Part shown: one piece after another, positions 8,833 through 16,322 of the stretch
Layout of the letters: each line of letters starts with the position of its first letter
Position numbering within the stretch: position 1 is the stretch's first letter
IMG/VR virus record: IMGVR_UViG_3300032177_003246
Reading direction: 5' to 3' (one strand)
Source: an uncultured virus (IMG/VR IMGVR_UViG_3300032177_003246)
Taxonomy: Duplodnaviria > Heunggongvirae > Uroviricota > Caudoviricetes
DNA: 20,000 bases
Notes under the pieces: generated by a model
Database searches by the model: none
What the model saw: the letters and a program-made list of their open reading frames with translations, nothing else
What the model was told of the DNA's origin: nothing
Translations under genes and position numbers: made by a program

Positions 8833-9510
8833 TGGCCTCCCGCTGGTAGCGCGCGGCGTCCGCGAATCAACGCGGTGTACGACGCCGCAGTGTCTTTTCC
8901 GCTGCGCAAGCTCGACGCGAGGCTCGTCACTGCCACGACAGCGCCGATTCCCAGAGCCGCGTACGCGCCGTACTTGAGGAACTTCCACGTGTCCCCGGCT
9001 CCCGCCGATACGGCACTCGCGGTCTTCTCGACAGCCGTTCCTGCTTCGTGCCACACGGTCTTGGGCGGATCTGCCGGCTTCGGTGTGTGCATCGTCTGCC
9101 CGAGGATCCGCTGCACTTCAGTACCGACGTGACCGTGAAGGTTCTGGACGCGCTTGCTCCAGTTCTCGTACGTGTCCCAGTCGGTCTTCCACTCCTCCCA
9201 GGAACTTTGCTCGCTGTAGAACGCCTTCCACTCGTTGAACACCGGCATCACCGTGTCGTGCCACAGCGGATAGAGCGGACTGTTCCTGATCCGACGCGCG
9301 GATCCGCTTCACGGCGTTGGCCGGATCGAGCCGGTGGATGTTGAGCTTGAGCGTCTCCGGATCGCCGCCCATCTTGCGGTACAACTCGTTGATCAGCTGA
9401 TTGAAGGAAGTGTCCGTTTCCTCGACGAGCTTGTCGCGATCACCAACGGTGTGAAACAGCGCGCCCGCGACGGCCGCCCGCGACATCCCGTAGTGCCCGC
9501 GCGCGCTCAT
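8829..9510 (-). pseudogene. Family A membrane protein gene split by a +1 frameshift (pseudogene, recoding or sequence error)
   Basis: The N-half (MSARGHYG...LFHTVGDR) is in ORF 9118-9510. The C-half (RIRNSPLYPLWHDTVMPVFNEW...TDWDTYENW...TM) is in the frame of 8829-9251. Joined, they align along the C-terminal part of 9507-10934. Confidence 0.75.
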
Positions 9511-10934
9511 GCGTCCTCCGAGCCCGACGCGAGGGCGCGCTGTTCGGAACCCGCCGGAAGCTTGCGCGGCGAGCGTCCTCCACGACGGCCCTGACGGATC
9601 AGCTCCATGTACTTGTCCCCCGGATCTTTGCCACTGCGCAGATTCGACACGACGCTGGTGATCGCAACGAGAGCGCCGATGCCGAGCGCTCCCCAGACGC
9701 CGTACTTCACCGTTTTCCAGACATCGCTAGCACCCTCGGCTAGTGTGCTCGCTCCTGATTTCAACGCGCCGCCGGCATCTGCCCAGACAGTTGTCGCCAG
9801 CTCGGTTGGTTTGGGCGCTTCAACGACGAAGCCACGCTTCTCCGCGTCGGCGCGCAAGTTGTCGAGCTTCTTCTTCCAGTCCTCGTACACATCCCAGTTG
9901 GTCTGGAAGCGCTCTGCGAACGAGATGTACGCATCCGCGACGGTGCGATCCCCGCCGATTTGGTCGACCTTGAACCTGTGCCACTGTTTGAACAGTGGAA
10001 GAGCGTACGACTTCCACCAGGAGACCTTTGCCGGATCGAAGCTCGCCTGCACCGCCTGTCCGCGTTTCTCGGTGAGATCTCGCGCGCGCGCAATGGCCGC
10101 GCGGCGCTGCGCTCTCGGCATGAAGGTGTCGAGCGCTTTCTTCGCGTCGAGGAACCCCTGCTTGAAGCCCTCCGCAGGCCCTGCCGCGTACGAAGTGATC
10201 TCCGTGTACGGCGGATCAACTTCCTCGCGCCAGTGCCAGGTGAGCTTCTTGTTGATGCCCGCGGCGTTGAGCAGCTTCTCTTTTTCGTACACCGTTTTGA
10301 GCAACGGCTGCCACGAGTCGACGACCTTGGAAGCCGCCAGCTCTTCTTCACGTGCCTTCGCCGCCGCGGACGTCTTGCCTCCCATCGGACCACCCATTGC
10401 GTCCGTGACATCGCCGACCTGCGGAGCGAGGTTCGCGTAAAGAGCGTCCCAGTCGAGGGCCATCTGCTTGACAGCGTCAGCACGATCGCCCACCGAGTGA
10501 TAGAGCGTGATCCCGACGAGCGGTGTCGAAACGGGAACGTCCTCTGCGAACGCGCCGCCTACTGTCGTCGCGCCGAACGTCTGAAGGAGTGGTGTGATCC
10601 CCTGGAGAACCTTCTCGTAGTGGCGACGGACCGACGGCACCTCGTCATCGCGATGCACTTCACGATCGGTGATCGAAACTTCGAGTCCGTTGAACTGCGG
10701 GTACCATTGCACGTCCACCCATCCCGCATTTCGAAGCGCGATTTGCCAGTGGTGCTCACCGATCGCGGTCTGCGTGCCGTTCTTGGCCAGCTCGCTCAGG
10801 AGCTTGGCGACGCCGCCGGTCTTGACGTGATCGTACCGCTGCTTGAGCGTGAGCACCTGCACGAGATCCGCACCGACGTACGTGCGACCGTAGCCGTTGG
10901 CTCCGTAGTTACCGTACTGACCGCGTCCGTTCAT
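9507..10934 (-). CDS. Two-module membrane-anchored protein: family B domain plus family A domain
   Basis: Starts MNGRGQYG. The family B domain lies between YVGA and GATTVGG. It is followed by LYHSVGDR...TNWDVYEDW and a C-terminal TM (VKYGVWGALGIGALVAITSVV). Confidence 0.85.
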   Translation of the reverse strand: MNGRGQYGNYGANGYGRTYVGADLVQVLTLKQRYDHVKTGGVAKLLSELAKNGTQTAIGEHHWQIALRNAGWVDVQWYPQFNGLEVSITDREVHRDDEVPSVRRHYEKVLQGITPLLQTFGATTVGGAFAEDVPVSTPLVGITLYHSVGDRADAVKQMALDWDALYANLAPQVGDVTDAMGGPMGGKTSAAAKAREEELAASKVVDSWQPLLKTVYEKEKLLNAAGINKKLTWHWREEVDPPYTEITSYAAGPAEGFKQGFLDAKKALDTFMPRAQRRAAIARARDLTEKRGQAVQASFDPAKVSWWKSYALPLFKQWHRFKVDQIGGDRTVADAYISFAERFQTNWDVYEDWKKKLDNLRADAEKRGFVVEAPKPTELATTVWADAGGALKSGASTLAEGASDVWKTVKYGVWGALGIGALVAITSVVSNLRSGKDPGDKYMELIRQGRRGGRSPRKLPAGSEQRALASGSEDA

Positions 10935-10947
10935 GCGCTGACCCTCT

Positions 10948-11334
10948 TCACGGCGGATCCTTCGCAGGAAGCGTCGTGTTGTGTGGTGTGTTGCCCTCGG
11001 GGAGCATCCTGGCGAGCTTCCATCCGAGCATCATCGCGATCGTGTCGCCCGTGATGTTTTTCCAGGTGTCCTGCGTCGGGTTGGGCCACAGCTCAGGCCA
11101 CTTGTCCTTGAACTGCCGCTCGATCACCAGATCGAAGAAGAGTCCGCTCGCGAGCGTTGCCCACGCTGGCAAGCGTCCGAGACCCGCCATGACACCGAAC
11201 GCAGCGTGCGCTGCCGTGAAGCGATCGATGAAGCCGTAGTTGTCTTCGCCCGGCAGTGCCGTGCGTTGCTGACCGACGACAGGAGCGCTGGATGCAACGT
11301 GCGCGTTGTAGGGGGGCTTCATCTTGTCATCCAT
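10948..11334 (-). CDS. Small integral membrane protein with D-x5-H...E...N-x3-D...GW pattern (possible intramembrane metal site)
   Basis: IDRFTAAHAAFG...FFDLVIE...DTWKNITGDTIAMMLGW, with about three hydrophobic helices. The leader ends in PVVGQ. Confidence 0.7.
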   Translation of the reverse strand: MDDKMKPPYNAHVASSAPVVGQQRTALPGEDNYGFIDRFTAAHAAFGVMAGLGRLPAWATLASGLFFDLVIERQFKDKWPELWPNPTQDTWKNITGDTIAMMLGWKLARMLPEGNTPHNTTLPAKDPP

Positions 11335-11335
11335 C

Positions 11336-11737
11336 TCAAAAGGGCTTGGCGACCGCGCCCGATTTGAGGACTCGGAACAAATCCCTGGCGGTCACGTCGA
11401 TGAGCGTGCTGGTGTCGACGTAGTAGATCATCTTGCGAAGATACGCGCGCAACTTGCCGAGGAAGTCGGGTCGATTGATCAGCGTGTTCGCCCGATCGTT
11501 GATGAACCCCTGCCGACGCAGATGCGCGATGACCTGCGCAGCGATCCGGTTGAAGGTTGCGTCGTCGCCGATCACCGCTTGGATCGTCGACAGTACCAGC
11601 CCACGCGCACCAGCCCAGTTCGGATCCTTCGTAGGATCGTAAGACGCTGCGTAAACCGTTTCACCAACACCCGTCCATGACCAAGCCGCCGCGACCGGAT
11701 AGTAGTGCCCGTCTTGACCAACGTAGTAGTCATTCAT
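11336..11737 (-). CDS. Hypothetical protein (133 aa)
   Basis: ATGA-coupled to the upstream gene. The N-terminus MNDYYVGQDGHYYP parallels MNAYADYVGADGHSYP of 11734-13455. Confidence 0.75.
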   Translation of the reverse strand: MNDYYVGQDGHYYPVAAAWSWTGVGETVYAASYDPTKDPNWAGARGLVLSTIQAVIGDDATFNRIAAQVIAHLRRQGFINDRANTLINRPDFLGKLRAYLRKMIYYVDTSTLIDVTARDLFRVLKSGAVAKPF

Positions 11738-13455
11738 TGCGCTGCTCCTTCACGCGCCATCGGCACGCTCGCATCACCGAAGTTCTCTGCCTGGACGTAC
11801 GCCTTGCCGTTCGAATCCTTGTCGAACGCTCCGGCATACGCGTAGTTCGCCTTGCCCAGGCTCGTTGCGCGGTTGAGTCCGTCGATCGCGTCATCGAGCG
11901 TGTTGAACGGTTGCGAGTGCGCCCTGCCGTCCACCGTGATCACAACGACCACGGCAGCACCCGGCTTCGCCGTTGCGATCTGCTGTGTGCGTGCGCGATA
12001 CGCTTCGATTTCGGCACGCGTCGCGCCGACGATCGGAGCGCGCCGTGGACGAGGTCCCGGTGCGGCCTTGCCGTAGCCACCGAACTTCTCGATGTACGGC
12101 GCCGGCCAGCTGTCGCCACGCTTGTCGAAGTACGCGGCGTACGTGTACGCGTTCTGATCTTGCGTAGCCGTGTTCAGCCAGTCATCCGCATCGTCTGGGC
12201 TGTCGAACGACAGCGCGTGCCACAGGTTGTCGCGCGTCGTGTGAATGATACCGATCGCATCGCCCGCACGCTTCTGCGCCATGAGGCGAGCGCGCGCGCG
12301 AAGAGCGTTCCGTGCTTCTTCGAGCTTCCGTGCTTCTTCGTGCCTGGCTTCTTCGGTTGTGACCCCCACCATGTACTCGTCGTACTGACCAACAGCCGTC
12401 GACGAACGGTCCGTGACGTACTGCGAGATCATGGCAAGGTGCGCGGGGTCGTAACTCTTGCTCCACGAAACCGGGCTTGGCCAGTGGCGGCTCGTCTTAT
12501 CGAACACCGCGCGCGCGATGATATCGGACTGTTGACCGAGTGCGCGAACGTAGTCCTTCGCTTCGTCAAGCGCGGTGAAACTCAGGATCTGCGGCGAGGG
12601 CGCGAACGTGACCTGGCGACCTCCGGACGGAGACGGAGACGGAGACGGAGCTGGCAGCCACCACACGTAGAAGTTCGCGGGCGGCATCGACGGGGTGTAT
12701 TCCGCGATGTCACGGATCGCGCTCTGGATCAGAGAGCGCGCCAGCGCGGAGGCTTGCCGCTTCGCGGCTTCATCGACCTGCGCGCCGACCCACGGAGCGA
12801 ACTCCACCCATGGTGCGTTCCCCACGATGTCCACCCATGGAGCGTTCCCCACGATGTCCACCCATGGCGCGTTCCCCACGATGTCCATCCACGGCTCAGC
12901 GCCAACCGGCGGTACGCAGCCGACGAAGTCGACCCACGGATCGTCACCGACCGAAGGAACGCCGCAGCCGACGAAGTCGACCCACGGATCATCACCGACC
13001 TTGGGCGGCGCGCCACCCGGCAGAAGAGGCCGCACGACGTCGCGCAGCGGCGTGACGTTGGGACGTGACGCGGGCGGCTCTTGGTACCGCCGTAGGAAGT
13101 AGCCCGCAGCGCCGCCAAGGGGCAGTCCGAGGAAGAAGGGCCACACGTTGCCGACCTGCTCGTTACCGACCATCGGCGTCCGATTGAAGTGCTCCATGCC
13201 GGGCACAGGCGCGTCCAGATTCGACAGCGCGAACACGGCAGCGTAGTCGTGCTCGGGCTGCTGCTGGATGTGGCTGCTGAACCAGCCCTGCGCGTCAGGC
13301 AGCGTTCCGAAGAGATAGACACTCTGCCGCAGCCCGCTGCGAATGTAGCCGTAGTACGGCGACGGATTCTGCGTGGCGGCGTTTCGCACAGCCCTCGCGG
13401 CAACTTCGGGGTAGCTGTGACCGTCGGCTCCGACGTAATCAGCGTATGCGTTCAT
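11734..13455 (-). CDS. Polyprotein-like protein with four family-D repeats, one TM segment and a W-x-D-[IF]-VG repeat array
   Basis: ATG at 13455 has a GAAGGAG SD. Four ~75-aa repeats share F-x-[ST]-[LP]-x-[DE]-A...[YR]A-x-x-F-(DK). TM is VWPFFLGLPLGGAAGYFL. Confidence 0.85.
   Translation of the reverse strand: MNAYADYVGADGHSYPEVAARAVRNAATQNPSPYYGYIRSGLRQSVYLFGTLPDAQGWFSSHIQQQPEHDYAAVFALSNLDAPVPGMEHFNRTPMVGNEQVGNVWPFFLGLPLGGAAGYFLRRYQEPPASRPNVTPLRDVVRPLLPGGAPPKVGDDPWVDFVGCGVPSVGDDPWVDFVGCVPPVGAEPWMDIVGNAPWVDIVGNAPWVDIVGNAPWVEFAPWVGAQVDEAAKRQASALARSLIQSAIRDIAEYTPSMPPANFYVWWLPAPSPSPSPSGGRQVTFAPSPQILSFTALDEAKDYVRALGQQSDIIARAVFDKTSRHWPSPVSWSKSYDPAHLAMISQYVTDRSSTAVGQYDEYMVGVTTEEARHEEARKLEEARNALRARARLMAQKRAGDAIGIIHTTRDNLWHALSFDSPDDADDWLNTATQDQNAYTYAAYFDKRGDSWPAPYIEKFGGYGKAAPGPRPRRAPIVGATRAEIEAYRARTQQIATAKPGAAVVVVITVDGRAHSQPFNTLDDAIDGLNRATSLGKANYAYAGAFDKDSNGKAYVQAENFGDASVPMAREGAAQ
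12803..13000. repeat. Coding tandem repeats: 3 x 27 bp (12803-12883) and 2 copies with 48-bp period (from 12915 and 12963)
   Basis: The unit TCCACCCATGGNGCGTTCCCCACGATG encodes NAPWVDIVG. The unit CGCAGCCGACGAAGTCGACCCACGGATCRTCACCGACC encodes VGDDPWVDFVGC. Confidence 0.9.
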
Positions 13456-13601
13456 GGCTTGTTCTCCTTCGGCGCCGGACACCTTCGGCGTTGGCTTACT
13501 GCGATTGCGAGCTTCGCGATCTCTGGGGCCTTCGCGAGGATCTCTTGCGCGGCTAGGTTACCCTGCGCCGCGTCCTCGGTAACTTTATTGTACGTGCTCA
13601 C
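13452..13601 (-). CDS. Small 49-aa protein not in the ORF track (MSTYNKVTEDAAQGNLAAQEILAKAPEIAKLAIAVSQRRRCPAPKENKP)
   Basis: Fills the gap exactly: the GTG overlaps the upstream TGA (GTGA) and its TGA overlaps the downstream ATG (ATGA). Confidence 0.6.
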   Translation of the reverse strand: MSTYNKVTEDAAQGNLAAQEILAKAPEIAKLAIAVSQRRRCPAPKENKP

Positions 13602-13981
13602 CAGCGCACCTTACCCAGCGGCGCTTGGGGCGTTGGTGCCGCTGATGGTTGCGCGGAAGCAAGGCCGCGCATGCCACCCAGTCGTGCGTCCATGGCGTCC
13701 GGCATGACTTTCGGTGGAGGCTGGAAAAGCACCGAGCGAAACACGTGAGGCACGCCATCCTTCCACCACTGCACGGTCCCGCACTTACCGCAGGTGTGCG
13801 AGCCAGGATCGCCCACGTTGAACGCGCCGAGATGCTGCCAACTGTTCCCACAAGATTCGCATGTATGTCTGTGGCAATCAAAAACATACAAACCAAGTGC
13901 CGTAATACCTACGGCTGCGCCAAGTGTGATCGCGAGCGTGCGTAGTGTATTAGGAGAGCTATGCGGTTTGCGATCATTCAT
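13598..13981 (-). CDS. Single-TM protein with zinc-ribbon (CESC...CGKC)
   Basis: TM LAITLGAAVGITALGLYVF, followed by HTCESCG...HTCGKCG. Confidence 0.75.
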   Translation of the reverse strand: MNDRKPHSSPNTLRTLAITLGAAVGITALGLYVFDCHRHTCESCGNSWQHLGAFNVGDPGSHTCGKCGTVQWWKDGVPHVFRSVLFQPPPKVMPDAMDARLGGMRGLASAQPSAAPTPQAPLGKVRW

Positions 13982-14738
13982 CTGAAGCCTTATCAGATGA
14001 TATTTGGTGTGTCGTCAGCAAATGGCTAAGGTCTGCGTGACGCAAGTAGTGCGCGGCGCGTTCTAGTAATTCAGGATCGTCGTTCACGCACCCCATAATT
14101 ATGTTGCACCGACTGCACACGAAACCGCGCAGACGTCCGGTCGCATGATCATGATCCAACGAGAGACGGCGGTTCTTGCGAGACTCAGGAAACTTGCAGA
14201 TTGTGCATAATCCGTCACAGGTCGCGAACAGTACGGCGAACTGGTCAACGGTGATTCCAAAACGCTGTTTCAAGTGAATGGCGTCGCGGACTTTTTCGTT
14301 GCTGCGCTTAATAGCCGCCTTGTACTTTTCTGGATTGTTTTTTCGCCAAACCTTGCTCTGTACGTCTGCGCATTTTTTACAAATGGATCGCCAATAGACT
14401 GTTCCCGTAGGGCCGGTGCTCTGACGATGAAAGGAAGAGGGGCGTCGGCTTTTTTTGCACTTAGTGCAAAGCTTAAATGGTCCTTGCACCGCTACTCGTT
14501 TGGCAGCGCGCGCGGCATAGAAACCTTGCAGTCTTTCTGCCGCCTGCGCTGCAAACGCTCCATCGAGTAATTGAGCTGCTCTAAGCTCACGGCCTGCCCT
14601 TCTAAATTCACCGCAAGCGTGTGCGGCTACAGCTCGTGTCACAAATCCGTCGAAAATTTCGAGCGAGTCCTCATGAAGGCTGTGCCGCATCGCTAAAGTT
14701 ACTTCCAAACGCTTGTGATATTTAGATGTTCGCGCCAT
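13974..14738 (-). CDS. Endonuclease VII-like (HNH-fold) nuclease, probable free-standing homing endonuclease; start uncertain (14849, 14738 or 14489)
   Basis: N-terminal CTKC...CKKC zinc finger, then LKQRFGITVDQF...CTIC...LSLDHDHATGRLRGFVCSRCNIIMG...ELLERAAHYL, matching the recombination endonuclease VII family pattern. Visibly more AT-rich than its flanks. Confidence 0.88.
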   Translation of the reverse strand: MARTSKYHKRLEVTLAMRHSLHEDSLEIFDGFVTRAVAAHACGEFRRAGRELRAAQLLDGAFAAQAAERLQGFYAARAAKRVAVQGPFKLCTKCKKSRRPSSFHRQSTGPTGTVYWRSICKKCADVQSKVWRKNNPEKYKAAIKRSNEKVRDAIHLKQRFGITVDQFAVLFATCDGLCTICKFPESRKNRRLSLDHDHATGRLRGFVCSRCNIIMGCVNDDPELLERAAHYLRHADLSHLLTTHQISSDKASDE

Positions 14739-14832
14739 CCAGCTGCAAAGATAGAGCGAGGGCCTGACAGTCGCGTCAGGATAGTCGTGCGTGTTCGCGC
14801 TGAATACGGCATTCCCGGTAATTTTCGCGTAG

Positions 14833-15177
14833 TTAGCGAGAGCCGTCATGCCGCCTCTTGTGCTTGCTCTTGTGCTTGCGCCCGTACTCACCGCGCTCGT
14901 TGCAGCGATCACGGTCGTCGTCGTCGTCGTGATCTCGCCGCTTCATGTGATGGTGTGCCGGCGTCCGCGCGAAGGGCTGCTGGGGCAATGACGGCGCTGC
15001 TTGCGTCATGCGTACCTGTCCTGGTGCGCCCTGTTCAGGCGCGCCTTCCGGTAGCGACGAAGGTCCCGCTGTTTTCGAACGAGGGCCGCTGACGATGAAA
15101 TATCCGACGAGCAGCGCGAGGCCGCCCACACTGCCGCCAACAAGCAGCTTCTTCTTGGTCTCGTCGGAGAGCGCCAC
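14833..15177 (-). CDS. Single-TM protein (114 aa) with His/Asp/Lys-rich tail and RGEYG tag
   Basis: 3' part of track ORF 14833-15870. GTG at 15177 lies just after the upstream stop. TM is LLVGGSVGGLALLVGYFIV. Confidence 0.7.
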   Translation of the reverse strand: MALSDETKKKLLVGGSVGGLALLVGYFIVSGPRSKTAGPSSLPEGAPEQGAPGQVRMTQAAPSLPQQPFARTPAHHHMKRRDHDDDDDRDRCNERGEYGRKHKSKHKRRHDGSR

Positions 15178-15179
15178 GA

Positions 15180-15662
15180 TCAGCCCACCTTCTTCAGCAT
15201 GAGGGCTGACGGAAACGTAATGGTGCCCGAGCCACCGCTGCCGCTGATCCGCTGTGTGAAGACCCACGGCCCGCGGATCTCGGTAACGACGTAACGGTTC
15301 TTGTCGTCGCGATCCGCCCGCTTGACGATGTCGCCAACACCGATGGACGAGCCGTGGAGGACGGCGGGCGGTACGGTGACCGCGGTGAATGCGCGCGCTG
15401 TCGTCGCGTGCGCGTGCGAGCGGCGGCGCGAAGACGTTTTCTTCGGCGATCGCTTCGTCGTTTTCTTCGACGCGTGCTGACGTGAAGACTTCTTCACGCC
15501 GAGTGCGCGACGGAAGCGGCGTGCCCCCGTCGGGTATGCCGCCCAGTCGGGCGAAAAGCCGCCGCGCGACAGCCAGCGTTGAAGGTTGGCAACCGCTTCG
15601 CGCGTGTCTGCATCGACGCGCGAGGCCTCGTCGATCATGCGCAATGTCGCGTTGGGATCCAT
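15180..15662 (-). CDS. Basic hypothetical protein with Lys/Arg/Ser-rich linker and possible SH3/KOW-like C-terminal domain
   Basis: KKSSRQHASKKTTKRSPKKTSSRRRSHAHAT linker, then IGVGDIVKR...RYVVTEI. The ATG directly follows the upstream TAG. Confidence 0.7.
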   Translation of the reverse strand: MDPNATLRMIDEASRVDADTREAVANLQRWLSRGGFSPDWAAYPTGARRFRRALGVKKSSRQHASKKTTKRSPKKTSSRRRSHAHATTARAFTAVTVPPAVLHGSSIGVGDIVKRADRDDKNRYVVTEIRGPWVFTQRISGSGGSGTITFPSALMLKKVG

Positions 15663-16322
15663 CTAGGCGCTCCTCCCCTGCCGCTTGGGACGTGCGTGCT
15701 CTGCGAGCCCGCGCAACGTCGTGCCCGCATCCTGCCGCAAGCTCGTCAAAAAGCTTTGCTGTGGCAGATCGAGTTTTTTGTAGAGCTGATCGATCAGGCG
15801 CGCCTGATGCCGGTTCCACAGCACCACACCCACGAGCGCGACCGCGCCGAGGACCTGCGCGATCGGCCACGAGGACTTCCGATCGATGTAGATCGTCGCG
15901 ACGCGATCGGGCTGTCCGACAGCGCTTTCAAGCGTGGCGCCCACAGCCGTAGCCCCCGAGCGCAGAAGCACGGACTCGATGTTGTCAGCGAGGATGCTCG
16001 CGAGCTGCTCGCGAACACGCGCCGTGTCGTCCACGCTGTGAGCGCGCGTGCTTTCGATCGTGACGACAAGCGAACCCGCGAAGTCGGGCAGCCACGAGGT
16101 GCGGACCCGGGCAGCGGTGTCAGCAAGTTCGAATTCCCACACGTTCGTCTTGATCGACTTGCCGCTGCCGGATCGCGCCAGCGCCGTGAGCAGCTCTTGC
16201 ACCGTGGCAGCTTTGACCCCACCGTACCGCTGCACCAACCGAATGCCGGGCACGAAGGTCGCGCCGACGTCGGCGTTCACGCCGATCGGACCACGCGTGC
16301 CGTAGTGCCCGCGAGCCGTCAT
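15663..16322 (-). CDS. Family B domain protein with C-terminal TM
   Basis: Starts MTARGHYG. The domain between DVGA and GATAVGA aligns with the N-domain of 9507-10934. TM is WPIAQVLGAVALVGVVLW. Confidence 0.8.
   Translation of the reverse strand: MTARGHYGTRGPIGVNADVGATFVPGIRLVQRYGGVKAATVQELLTALARSGSGKSIKTNVWEFELADTAARVRTSWLPDFAGSLVVTIESTRAHSVDDTARVREQLASILADNIESVLLRSGATAVGATLESAVGQPDRVATIYIDRKSSWPIAQVLGAVALVGVVLWNRHQARLIDQLYKKLDLPQQSFLTSLRQDAGTTLRGLAEHARPKRQGRSA

Noticed and set aside
12803..13000. Direct repeats as a possible CRISPR array
   Set aside because: The repeats are contiguous, in-frame coding units (27-bp and 48-bp period) without unique spacers, and there are no cas genes.
14763..14780. 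Hairpin CCTGAC-AGTCGC-GTCAGG as a terminator
   Set aside because: It has only a 6-bp stem and no U-tract on either strand.
13974..14830. Group I intron carrying the endonuclease
   Set aside because: The flanking genes are complete and unrelated rather than two exons, and no intron core motifs were recognisable by eye. A covariance-model search would be decisive.
14833..15870. 345-aa ORF as called in the track
   Set aside because: Its 5' two-thirds overlap two better genes (15180-15662 and 15663-16322). Only 14833-15177 looks coding. The same trimming applies to 4697-5254 and 8473-9054.
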